A stretch of DNA of 64,000 nt, taken from contig CAYJED010000005.1 of the NCBI GenBank assembly GCA_964369115.1, positions 2,237 to 66,236 of the forward strand, read 5' to 3'. This document shows, in pieces, positions 1-8,799 of the stretch (positions are counted from its first letter, which is position 1; each line of letters begins with the position of its first letter). The notes beneath the pieces were generated by a model, which was given only the letters and a program-made list of their open reading frames with translations, made no database searches and was not told where the DNA came from. The DNA comes from an uncultured Candidatus Saccharibacteria bacterium. Lineage in GTDB: Bacteria > Patescibacteriota > Minisyncoccia > Phycocordibacterales > UBA5272. The position numbers were made by a program, and so were the translations under genes.

Positions 1-5
1 CCACA

Positions 6-1475
6 ATGTACAAAATTATTTTGTACGCACTTTTACTTCTCATTATTCAGGCGTTCATTGGAACTTTCTTAGGATTTGTTTCTTTTTCTTTTGTGGAGCT
101 TTTGGTAAGCCTTCTTGTTATTTCTTCGGTGACACTTTGTAGTCATTTTCTGTTTCGTAAACTGTATAGTGCAGAGGTAAGTGCAGAATCGAGTTATATC
201 TCTTTGTTTATTTTGTTTCTTATTCTTGCGCCATCTACTGAAAAGGGAGATATTCTTATGATGGCTGCAGCTTCTTTTATTATGGTTGCTTCAAAGTATG
301 TTGTTGCATACAGGTTGCGTCATATCTTTAACCCTGTTGCTTTCAGTCTTGTGTTTCTCGGTGTTCTTGGTTCAACACTTTCAATATGGTGGGTCGGGGC
401 GGTGTACTTTTTCCCAACAGTATTTCTTCTTGCTTTCCTTATGCTACGAAAGCTAAAGTGCTACAGCCTTTTCTTTAGTTACGTTATTTCAAGTCTTCTT
501 ACGGTCACTGCATATGCACTTTTTAGTGGTCGCGGAATAGATGAAGCATTTACTCAACATCTTATTTCCTGGCCATTTCTTTTCTTTGGTATCATTATGG
601 TGACTGAGCCGTTTACTATACCGGCGCGTAACCTTACTCAAGGTATATATGGAGCTCTTGTGGGTGTGCTCTCATCATTTCCGTACGCATTTCCGCCTCT
701 TTATAGTTCACCCGAGCTTGCACTTATTTTAGGAAATTTTTTTGCTTTTACAGTTTCTCTTAAAACTAAACCACTCCTTTTCTTTAAAGAAAAAAAACAA
801 ATAGCTCAAAATACATTTGAGTTTACTTTTACAAAAAAAGAACCTATTCCATATATTTCTGGGCAATATATGCAGTGGTCACTTCCACATCATAAAGAAG
901 ATGTTCGTGGAACAAAGCGTTACTTTACTATTGCTTCCTCTCCATACGATGAAGATATTAAGCTTGGTGTTAAGATTTTGGATAATGGGAGTACTTTCAA
1001 AAAAGAGTTAGCTGATTTACAAAAAGGGGATACGCTTCTTGTAAACTCTGTTCGAGGAGATTTTGTGCTTCCAACTGACACAACAAAAGCAGTGGTGTGT
1101 GTTGCTGGAGGTATTGGAATTACACCGTTTATAAGTATGCTTCGTACGCTTCTTCATACAAAAGAAAAACGTAACCTCAGTCTTTTTTACTTTGTTAATC
1201 AAAGAGAAGATATTGCCTATAAGGATGTTCTCCAAGAAGTAAAAGATACTTTAGGAATTACAACAGTGGTAAGTCTTTCTAAAGAAACTGTTGAAGGATA
1301 TGAATCTGGAATGTTAACAAAAGAGATGCTTGGTGTTCATATAAAAAGTATCACCGATACGTATTTTTATATTTCCGGTCCACCTATGATGGTGTCAGCA
1401 TATAAAGACCTCCTCATTTCGCTCGGTGTAAAAAGAGCATACATCGTTACTGACTTTTTCCCGGGACTTGAATAA
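6..1475 (+). CDS. Membrane-anchored FAD/NAD(P)-binding oxidoreductase (polytopic N-terminal domain fused to a ferredoxin-NADP-reductase-like C-terminal domain)
   Basis: The N-terminal ~270 aa are hydrophobic with multiple predicted TM helices. The C-terminal half carries an FNR-type FAD motif RYFTIASSP (RxYS) and an NAD(P) motif GGIGITP (GGxGxxP). It lies immediately upstream of apbE. Confidence 0.6.
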   Translation: MYKIILYALLLLIIQAFIGTFLGFVSFSFVELLVSLLVISSVTLCSHFLFRKLYSAEVSAESSYISLFILFLILAPSTEKGDILMMAAASFIMVASKYVVAYRLRHIFNPVAFSLVFLGVLGSTLSIWWVGAVYFFPTVFLLAFLMLRKLKCYSLFFSYVISSLLTVTAYALFSGRGIDEAFTQHLISWPFLFFGIIMVTEPFTIPARNLTQGIYGALVGVLSSFPYAFPPLYSSPELALILGNFFAFTVSLKTKPLLFFKEKKQIAQNTFEFTFTKKEPIPYISGQYMQWSLPHHKEDVRGTKRYFTIASSPYDEDIKLGVKILDNGSTFKKELADLQKGDTLLVNSVRGDFVLPTDTTKAVVCVAGGIGITPFISMLRTLLHTKEKRNLSLFYFVNQREDIAYKDVLQEVKDTLGITTVVSLSKETVEGYESGMLTKEMLGVHIKSITDTYFYISGPPMMVSAYKDLLISLGVKRAYIVTDFFPGLE

Positions 1476-1483
1476 GCTTATCT

Positions 1484-2377
1484 ATGAAGACGGAGCGTTT
1501 TTCACATGTGCTTACATTTGAAAGTATGGGGACTGTTTGGAAAGTTTCTTTTAAGGAATTTTTTCATGAAGAGAAAGTGAAAGAGATAGAGGGTGTGATA
1601 CAAACACACCTTACCACTTTTAATAATGTATATTCTCGTTTTAATCGTGATTCTTTCATTTCTAAGCTTCAAGAGGTGCGTGGGGTGGTGGAAGTACCAC
1701 ACGATCTCGTCGCTATGCTTAGGTTATATGCTAAGTATTATATGGTGAGTGATAAGAAGTTTACCCCATGTATTGGGGCGCTTCTTGAAGATGCTGGATA
1801 TGATGACGTGTACTCCTTTCAAGAAAAAGAAAGCAAACGCCCTGTGCCTGACTTTTTTGAAGCAGTAAAAATAGTTGATGACACACATATTTTTCTTAAT
1901 GATAGTGTTCTTCTTGATCTTGGTGCACTTGGAAAAGGGTATTGTGTTGATCGGTTGGTTGAGCTACTTCGTCCGTACACAGAAGAATCTTTCTTGGTTG
2001 ATGGAAGTGGAGATGTGTATTATGTTGGTAACGACTCTCTTGCTGTTGGACTTGAAGATCCAGATGATACAACGCAGGTGATAGGGGTTATTGCTATGAC
2101 AGAAGGTGGTATGTGTAGTTCGTCTACAAACCGTCGTGCGTGGGGTAGGTATTCGCATTATCTTGACCCAACCACCACTTCTTCTCCTTCGTTTATTCGA
2201 TCAAGTTGGGTGCTTGCTCAAACTGCTGCCGAAGCTGACGCTCTCTCTTCAGTACTTTTCTTTGTTGCTCCAGAAAAAATAGAAGAAGAGCTTGGTGTTA
2301 CTTTTTCATACTGTCTTTTAAATAACGAACGACACATAAAAAAATCACCGAATTTCTTGGCGACTTTTTTCTCATAA
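1484..2377 (+). CDS. apbE: ApbE-family FAD:protein FMN transferase (flavin transferase)
   Basis: ~300 aa soluble protein with the ApbE-like motif LDLGALGKGYCVDRLVELL (compare DLGGIAKGY). Adjacent to a membrane oxidoreductase and an FMN-binding-domain protein. Confidence 0.65.
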   Translation: MKTERFSHVLTFESMGTVWKVSFKEFFHEEKVKEIEGVIQTHLTTFNNVYSRFNRDSFISKLQEVRGVVEVPHDLVAMLRLYAKYYMVSDKKFTPCIGALLEDAGYDDVYSFQEKESKRPVPDFFEAVKIVDDTHIFLNDSVLLDLGALGKGYCVDRLVELLRPYTEESFLVDGSGDVYYVGNDSLAVGLEDPDDTTQVIGVIAMTEGGMCSSSTNRRAWGRYSHYLDPTTTSSPSFIRSSWVLAQTAAEADALSSVLFFVAPEKIEEELGVTFSYCLLNNERHIKKSPNFLATFFS

Positions 2378-2391
2378 TGCACCTTAAGTAA

Positions 2392-2910
2392 TTAACTTTT
2401 TGCTCCAAGCTTTACCTTCTGTAGCGCATCCATAAAACCCTTTGGTGTAAGTGATGATCCATTCACAACGGTGAGTGCTACTTCATCAATCTTCTTACCT
2501 ACAACAGCAGCACTAAACCCTTTACTAAATTCTCCTTGCCAACGAATACTCCCTGGGTTGGTTGCTTCACCTTTCCATGTTGCAGAAGTGATGATGTCAT
2601 CGGTGAGTGTGATAGACACCTCTACATGTTCTTCTCCAGCAGGAGAAGTGTAAGTTCCTTTGTTGGTGTAGATTCCGTTTTTGTATACAGTTGTTTTTGC
2701 GAGCTCTTCTTTTGTGAGAGGGAGTTCATTTTTTTGCCCTTCATTTGCTGTTTGACCCTTTGTTTCTTCTTTTGTTGTGATAGAGGTTTCTGCTACTTCT
2801 TCTTTTTTAGATCCACTCACATACATTGCAATTCCTGCAATAGCTACAACAGAAACAATACCAATAATTCCTTTTTTAAGAGCGCTTGGCCTGGTTGTGT
2901 TTGATTCCAT
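2392..2910 (-). CDS. Membrane-anchored FMN-binding domain protein (probable ApbE flavinylation substrate)
   Basis: Likely start is the internal Met (MESNTTRPSALKKGIIGIVSVVAIAGIAMYV), which gives one TM anchor. The C-terminal domain resembles the FMN_bind family (RnfG/NqrC-like), with VVNGSSLTPKGF near the C-terminus (compare the flavinylation motif D-x-SGAT-x-T/S). The 5' extension in the ORF track is probably spurious. Confidence 0.5.
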   Translation of the reverse strand: MESNTTRPSALKKGIIGIVSVVAIAGIAMYVSGSKKEEVAETSITTKEETKGQTANEGQKNELPLTKEELAKTTVYKNGIYTNKGTYTSPAGEEHVEVSITLTDDIITSATWKGEATNPGSIRWQGEFSKGFSAAVVGKKIDEVALTVVNGSSLTPKGFMDALQKVKLGAKS

Positions 2911-2957
2911 ATAATAGTCAGTATATCGAAACTCTTCAATATGTAAATGTGAAATGT

Positions 2958-2987
2958 AAAAGGCGCGACCGCATAGGTCGCGCCTCT
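2958..2987 (-). terminator. Rho-independent terminator (GC hairpin aggcgcgacc-gcat-aggtcgcgcct) downstream of the GNAT gene
   Basis: 10-bp GC-rich inverted repeat followed by a U-run on the minus strand. Confidence 0.5.
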
Positions 2988-3548
2988 CTACTTGCAAAAA
3001 GCTCTCGACAAGATGTCGTCTTTTACAAGTAGGATTGCTTCAGCTTCCCCGCTCAAGCCTGTCATGGATTCCGCTTTTCCGGCAAAGCGGAATCCATACT
3101 TTTGGTAAAATCCCACATGTGCCGGGTTGACGATACACATGGCACTTGTTACGCCAAGCAGAACAGCGCGACGCTCGACCTCTCGAATCATAAGAAGGGC
3201 GACACGTTTGCAGTGTTTGCTTGGGGTTGTTGCAAACGACCCAATGTACATCCATTTTTTTTCGGATGTACGGAGGGCAACAAGCTTTTCATGGAAAAGC
3301 TTGTCTGCGGGTAGATTTCCGTTGTCGACCATGTATGAGATGGTGCCGACAACACAAGCGTCTTCTTCTGCAACGAGGATTTCGTTGGAAGGACGAAACA
3401 TCTGCTTTCCAATTTTCAGAAGACTGGTTATCCAGTCCATCGAAAAAGAAAAGCAAACGTAGCCCTTCTTGGTGTAGTTTCCTACCACCAAGAAAAAAGC
3501 TGAGACAGCTTCCAACGTGGAAGCTTGACGGACCAGTACGTGCGTCAT
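2988..3548 (-). CDS. GNAT-family N-acetyltransferase
   Basis: Acetyl-CoA-binding-like core ...RVALLMIREVERRAVLLGV...VNPAHVGFYQKYGFRFAG typical of GNAT motifs A/B. Confidence 0.6.
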   Translation of the reverse strand: MTHVLVRQASTLEAVSAFFLVVGNYTKKGYVCFSFSMDWITSLLKIGKQMFRPSNEILVAEEDACVVGTISYMVDNGNLPADKLFHEKLVALRTSEKKWMYIGSFATTPSKHCKRVALLMIREVERRAVLLGVTSAMCIVNPAHVGFYQKYGFRFAGKAESMTGLSGEAEAILLVKDDILSRAFCK

Positions 3549-3751
3549 CGCAAACTCCTTTTGGGCTTATGGCCCATAAGGGGAGTTGTGACAACCGTTT
3601 GGGCCAAAGTAATGACGGGTTGGTGAGAAAGATCAGTGAGGGAAAGGGAATCCCCCCCCTATATTTCGATTATATCATATATATAATATTTGTCAAGCAT
3701 CTCTTGTTTACCCACATAATGTGTCTAACTATCCTGATATACTCTTACTAT

Positions 3752-4399
3752 ATGAAAGAAACTTCGCCAGAACAGCTTATTGCAAAACCTAGGTACTATG
3801 CCCGCCTTCTTGAGGCATTTATTCTCTTTGTTGTTGCTGTGTTTGCAACACATTTTGCAAGTAAGTATGCTCACATTAAAGCAAGTAACCACGTAGAAGA
3901 TATTGTTCTTAGTAATACTCGTGTATACGATTCTGAGTTCTTTTTTGTACACGGTGCAATAATGCTTTCGCTTTTTGTGGTAGCGCTCTGTTTTCGTTTT
4001 GCAAAGACAGCACCTTTTGTTATTAAGACGGTATCACTTTTTATTATCATCCGCGCAATGTTTGTTTCAATGACCCATATTGGGCCGTACCCAACCAAAC
4101 TTGAACTTGAGTCGAGTCTCCTTGATTTTATTACGTCAGGAAATGATCTCTTCTTTTCTGGGCATACTGGATTACCATTCTTGATTGCGCTTCTTTTCTG
4201 GAAACATTTGTATGTACGAACTCTCTTTTTGGTGGCGTCTGTGATGTTTGGAATTACGGTACTTCTCTCACACCTTCACTACACAATTGATGTTTTTGCG
4301 GCATTCTTTATTACGTACACTATTTATCATTTGGGAATTAAGTTTTTCAAGAAGGATTATCTCTTCTTTCAGGAAGAAGAACATAAACATCACGCATAA
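3752..4399 (+). CDS. PAP2_C / sphingomyelin-synthase-like membrane phosphotransferase
   Basis: Polytopic membrane protein with SMS/PAP2_C D3-D4-like motifs FFSGHTG and HYTIDVFAAFFITYTIYH. The track ORF start at 3221 overlaps the antisense GNAT gene, so the start is more likely Met at 3719 or 3752. Confidence 0.45.
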   Translation: MKETSPEQLIAKPRYYARLLEAFILFVVAVFATHFASKYAHIKASNHVEDIVLSNTRVYDSEFFFVHGAIMLSLFVVALCFRFAKTAPFVIKTVSLFIIIRAMFVSMTHIGPYPTKLELESSLLDFITSGNDLFFSGHTGLPFLIALLFWKHLYVRTLFLVASVMFGITVLLSHLHYTIDVFAAFFITYTIYHLGIKFFKKDYLFFQEEEHKHHA

Positions 4400-4401
4400 G
4401 T

Positions 4402-4812
4402 ATGGAACATTCACTCTCTCTTCCTCGTATTCATATAGATAATCAGCCGCACCTTGTTAAAGAAGGGGTGTTTATTGTTGATGATGAAGTGTGGAGTACG
4501 CAGAAACGTATTGCAAGAATTTATGGAAGAAGTGTTCCTACAATAAACGATCACCTTAAAAAAATTTACGGAGAAAAAGAACTCACAAGGAACATAAGTG
4601 AACGAGAACTTATGGTAACGCAGCAGGAAGGGAAGAAAAAAGTGTCACGAAAGATTTATGTGTATAGCACTGATGTTGTGATCGCTATCGGATTTCGTGT
4701 AAAAGGGGAATGGGGTAAAGAGTTCAGAATTTGGGCACGAGAGGTGGTAAGAGGAAGTTACGACCCTCAAGATCAGGTGAAGCATTTAGTAAAAAAAGAA
4801 AGAGGGTTTTAA
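4402..4812 (+). CDS. RhuM-family protein (short, N-terminal RhuM-like domain only)
   Basis: TQKRIARIYGRSVPTINDHLKKIYGEKEL...IAIGFRVKGEWGKEFRIWAREVV matches the conserved RhuM core pattern (TxxxIAxxxGxSxPTINxHLKNI...GYRVxSxxGxxFRxWA). Confidence 0.5.
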   Translation: MEHSLSLPRIHIDNQPHLVKEGVFIVDDEVWSTQKRIARIYGRSVPTINDHLKKIYGEKELTRNISERELMVTQQEGKKKVSRKIYVYSTDVVIAIGFRVKGEWGKEFRIWAREVVRGSYDPQDQVKHLVKKERGF

Positions 4813-4838
4813 AATAAAAGAAAGCCTACGGCGTTCGT

Positions 4839-6464
4839 TTATTTTTGTACAATATGTTGCTTAAGATAGGTAAGTGAGGCGCCTACTTTTTTTCCTGGAT
4901 TAAGAACACCGAGAGGATCCCAAACATTTTTTATTTTTTTAAAGAGGTTGATAATTTGGTCGCTATACGAGTATGACAAAAATGGAGTTCGCATAAGACC
5001 TTCACCAGAAGACATACTGACACCTCCTTTGTATTCTTTTATAATTGCACAGATATCTTGCGTTACCCTAAGGAGGGTGTCTCCGTAGTGTTCGTTGTGT
5101 TTATCAAAGAGAAGAGTGATAGAAATATTACCAACATCAATTGCTCCAGTTAAGATATGTGGGAGCCCTTTTTTGTGGAGATAGTTTTCGATATCAAGAA
5201 GAGCTTCTTTTATTTGTGGACTGGTAACAACAAGATCATTTAAGCCACTGTAAATACTAAAAGCTCCTCGGGTATAATCTTCACACAAAGAAAAGAGAAA
5301 CCCTTTTTCTGTTATTGTTTCAAAAAGTTCTATACCAGAAACATATTTTATAGTAAAAGCTTCAACAGGGATTTTTTTAAGGTAACTCTCTATTTTTTCT
5401 TGAAGAGATGCTTCGCTTTTTCCACTGAAAGTAAGTGCAAGTACATATGGTGTTTCTGAAAAAAATGGAACCATGCCTTGTCTATATTTTTGAGCGAGTT
5501 GCATGAAGGTTTCGTCGTATAAAAACATTTTTTCACCTCCTTTATTTTTTGCTTCACGGATGCACACTTCGAGATCTTTTTTATTATGAAGAGGTATGTA
5601 TATTGTTCCGGTGTGTGATTTTTTGTGTGTAATGCGAAAAGTTGCAGAAGTGATAATGGCAAGAGTTCCTTCTGATCCAATTATTTCATCGATAAGTTGT
5701 CGTGGCCCGATTGAGGTGTCCCATATACGATATCCGCTCCCGTCAACATGAGATAAAGGTTTGTGTGCTCGAAGCAGTGGAGCCTCCTCTGTAAGAAGAG
5801 GGAATAGAGCTTGATAAATACCAAGAAGTCTTCCGTGAGGGGTTATGCCTTCCTTAAGAATATGTTCTTCTCCTTCGTCTGTTACTATGGTTATAGATTC
5901 AATCCAATCACGTAAAGAACCAAAAGAGAAGGTTCCAAAAGTTGCACCATTGGTTGCAATAAGGCCCCCAACAGTTGAAGGGTCTTTCTTTGAAAGAAGA
6001 GGTATGTCGTAATTTATTGGGTGTAATCTCTCAAGGAGTTCTTCAACAGAAAATCCAGCTTCAGCAGTTACTGTATTTTCTAAAAGATTCACCGAACGCA
6101 TGCGTGTAAAGTAACGCGACATATCAATGATCACACCTTCACCTAAAGCTCCCCCGTTACCACCTATTCCTTTTCCTCGCACAGTAACAGGGATTTTATA
6201 TTCACGTGAAAAAGAAAGAATGTGTTTTATATCGCTTGGATTTTTAGGATAAACAACTGCTTGAGGTGTAATAAAAAAAGGGGATAAATCTTTGGTGTAT
6301 TTTTGTAATGTTTCATATGAGCAATCAATATCACCGTGAAGCATTTTTGCTACATCTTGAAAGAGTGGAGGTATGCGATGTGTTGAATTAGAGACCGTTA
6401 TCATAGATGCTTTTACCGTTTTGATGAACGAGAAAGAAAATAAAAGTAAGTGTACATAAAACAA
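4839..6464 (-). CDS. FAD-linked oxidase (PCMH-type FAD-binding domain, GlcD/D-lactate-dehydrogenase-like) with N-terminal signal/TM segment
   Basis: VRGKGIGGNGGALGEGVIIDMS matches the FAD_binding_4 Gly-rich loop. The hydrophobic N-terminus MFYVHLLLFSFSFIKT suggests secretion or anchoring. Confidence 0.6.
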   Translation of the reverse strand: MFYVHLLLFSFSFIKTVKASMITVSNSTHRIPPLFQDVAKMLHGDIDCSYETLQKYTKDLSPFFITPQAVVYPKNPSDIKHILSFSREYKIPVTVRGKGIGGNGGALGEGVIIDMSRYFTRMRSVNLLENTVTAEAGFSVEELLERLHPINYDIPLLSKKDPSTVGGLIATNGATFGTFSFGSLRDWIESITIVTDEGEEHILKEGITPHGRLLGIYQALFPLLTEEAPLLRAHKPLSHVDGSGYRIWDTSIGPRQLIDEIIGSEGTLAIITSATFRITHKKSHTGTIYIPLHNKKDLEVCIREAKNKGGEKMFLYDETFMQLAQKYRQGMVPFFSETPYVLALTFSGKSEASLQEKIESYLKKIPVEAFTIKYVSGIELFETITEKGFLFSLCEDYTRGAFSIYSGLNDLVVTSPQIKEALLDIENYLHKKGLPHILTGAIDVGNISITLLFDKHNEHYGDTLLRVTQDICAIIKEYKGGVSMSSGEGLMRTPFLSYSYSDQIINLFKKIKNVWDPLGVLNPGKKVGASLTYLKQHIVQK

Positions 6465-6713
6465 ATATAATAAGAAGGATATGCCGTACTGCTGGGTAGA
6501 GATTCTTCTTATGGTGGCGATTGTGGTAAGCCTCTTCTTCTGTAGGGGAAATTGTTTGAGGGGTGTCTTCTGTTGTCATGATCTATGTGAAGCTAGTGGT
6601 TACAGTATACTTTGTTTTCTATGCTTTTTTTAGAGTATCCTGTCCACAGAGAAGAGCGATAAAAACAGGATATACTTACGGTATACAGCGTTTTTATTAC
6701 TAAGTACATTTTT

Positions 6714-8741
6714 ATGAAAGGAATTACACTATTTTTTACAAAACTTTATCAATACGCAACTATTTTTATTGCGGTAGGAGCACCACTTTTCTTTATTCCT
6801 CGTATTGGATTTTCAGGAGACGTGACGTACCACATCGCAATGATGCTCCTCATTGCTGTTGCGCTCTTCTCATATGTTTTGGTTGCTCTTATTACAAGAA
6901 CATGGCATACGGTTTCTCGTTTTGAGTTTGCCGCATACGCTGTCTTCTCTGTTGCAGCGCTCCTTTCGGTTCTTTTTTCTAAAACACCGGGGCTTATTCT
7001 TTTTGGTGAAGCATTTAATCAATTCTCAGGAGTGGCGCTCCTCTCTCTTCCTGTGGTTATGTACCTTGTGCGTACACTTCCAGAAAACGTAAGACGTAAA
7101 CTAAAGTTTGCCATTGTTGGAGTGCTTGGTGTCGCATCGTTTGTTTTTGTAAGCGCTCTTATCTTTGGTGGTCATGCTCTTTCTGCAACAAAATTCCTCT
7201 TCTCTGGTTTTTCAAGCTCAATGTCACTTTCTGTGTACCTCGGACTCTTCTCTGTTATCGCTCTTTTTTATGTGAAAAAGGGAGGCATTAAGAAGCGATA
7301 TAAGTCAGTTGTACTTACAATGGCGCTTCTTTTTATTGCTTGGACAGTAACTATTTCTTCTCAAAATAGTATTCGTCCCAACTTAAGTAGCACCCTTCTT
7401 GCAGGTAAGCAAGTACTTTTAAATGAGGGTGTTTTTGGTATCGGTGCAGGGAACTTTGCACGTGCTTGGCAGTTGTACAAGCCACAAGATGTAGTAAATT
7501 CACAGTACTTTAGTTATGACTTTAGTGTTGGTTCAGATACCATGACTACGTTTTTTGTTACTGTTGGTATTGTTGGGCTTGTTGGCTTTATGATGCTTGT
7601 GTTGTCTGCACTCTATAACACTATTCGTAATTACCGAGCAACTAAAGAAGGGGAAGAGCATATGGTGCTCGGTATCCTTTCCTTCACCCTGATTTATTTC
7701 CTTGGTGTTTCATTCCTCGTTCCTCTTACGTATTCAATGCTTGTAATGTGGATGGTGGTTGCAGGGCTTGGTATAGCAAAGACACCGCTCACAGAATTTC
7801 ATCCAAGTAAAAAGGTTGGATATATCGTTATTCCTGTTATGGCGATCCTTGTTGTGAATGCATTTATGACAGTTAATAAAGCTCGTGCTTTTAATTACTT
7901 CAATAGCGCTCAAACAGCAAAGACTGTTGAAGAGGCTGAAGCTTCTGTTCTTAAAGCGACACAGCTTTATAAGTTCGACGGTTTCTATAGAGTTCTTGTT
8001 GAGTATGGTATTACTGCAAACCGAAACCTCCTTAGCACCCCAACAGAAGATCAACAAGCTCTTAAGAATGCTTATCTTAAGAAAGCTCAAGTTACTGTAG
8101 ACTATGCTTTGCTTGCACGCGATCTCAATCCTCATAACTATCAGAACTATGTAAGTCTTGGTCGTGCATATGAGCTTGCTGTTCCTTTTGATAAGGATAA
8201 TGCGTTTAAGAATGCAGAAAATGCATACAACGAAGCAATTAAACTTTACCCAGAAAACCCTTACCTCTACTTGATGGCAGCACGTCTTGAGACATCTGCT
8301 GGAACAAGGGAAGGGGTTCGTGAGCACTTAACTGGCGCTCTTAAAACAAAACAAAACTTTGCAGATGCTCTTTATCTTATGAGTCAGCTTGAAGCTTCAG
8401 AAAGTAAAATTGAAGAAGCTCTTGCGTACGCAATTGAAGCAATTAAGAGTGCACCAAATGATCCTGCAACATATGTTCAGGCTGGGCTTCTCTTTTACGG
8501 AAAGAGGGATTATGAGAATGCTGTGCTCGCGCTCCGTACTGCGCTTGAAAAAGATCAGAACAATCCAAACATCGCATACTTCCTTGCGCTCTCTCTTAGA
8601 GATGGTGGTCGCCCTGACCTTGCGCTCCCTATTGCGGAAGAACTTCTTCGTAGAAATCAGGGTAATACTGAAATTGAACAATTTTTAAAATCTCTTACCC
8701 CAGCAAAAGAAGAGAAAGCTCCTGCTGTAAAGACGAGATAG
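6714..8741 (+). CDS. Polytopic membrane protein (O-antigen-ligase/Wzy-like N-terminal domain) with C-terminal TPR repeats
   Basis: ~390 aa with >=10 hydrophobic helices, followed by ~280 aa of TPR-like repeats (YNEAIKLYPENPYLYLMAARL..., ALAYAIEAIKSAPNDPATYVQAGLLFY...). Confidence 0.4.
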   Translation: MKGITLFFTKLYQYATIFIAVGAPLFFIPRIGFSGDVTYHIAMMLLIAVALFSYVLVALITRTWHTVSRFEFAAYAVFSVAALLSVLFSKTPGLILFGEAFNQFSGVALLSLPVVMYLVRTLPENVRRKLKFAIVGVLGVASFVFVSALIFGGHALSATKFLFSGFSSSMSLSVYLGLFSVIALFYVKKGGIKKRYKSVVLTMALLFIAWTVTISSQNSIRPNLSSTLLAGKQVLLNEGVFGIGAGNFARAWQLYKPQDVVNSQYFSYDFSVGSDTMTTFFVTVGIVGLVGFMMLVLSALYNTIRNYRATKEGEEHMVLGILSFTLIYFLGVSFLVPLTYSMLVMWMVVAGLGIAKTPLTEFHPSKKVGYIVIPVMAILVVNAFMTVNKARAFNYFNSAQTAKTVEEAEASVLKATQLYKFDGFYRVLVEYGITANRNLLSTPTEDQQALKNAYLKKAQVTVDYALLARDLNPHNYQNYVSLGRAYELAVPFDKDNAFKNAENAYNEAIKLYPENPYLYLMAARLETSAGTREGVREHLTGALKTKQNFADALYLMSQLEASESKIEEALAYAIEAIKSAPNDPATYVQAGLLFYGKRDYENAVLALRTALEKDQNNPNIAYFLALSLRDGGRPDLALPIAEELLRRNQGNTEIEQFLKSLTPAKEEKAPAVKTR

Positions 8742-8799
8742 TGTTTTTGAGGTAGAGGGCAGCGTCTCTCCTCAGCATCGTTCGTAGTACTATAACGGA

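Noticed and set aside
3549-3600. Near-palindrome cttatggcccataag just upstream of the GNAT start as a possible operator
   Set aside because: A single imperfect 15-nt palindrome with no partner site or regulator gene nearby. It is too weak to call.
3221-3751. 5' extension of the 392-aa ORF (3221-4399)
   Set aside because: The first ~170 codons overlap the GNAT gene on the opposite strand and have non-membrane, low-complexity content. The PAP2_C-like membrane protein most plausibly starts at Met 3719 or 3752.
6388-6579. 63-aa minus-strand ORF overlapping the start of the FAD oxidase
   Set aside because: It overlaps the oxidase N-terminus in another frame. It could be real only if the oxidase starts at the internal Met (MITVSN), and support is insufficient.
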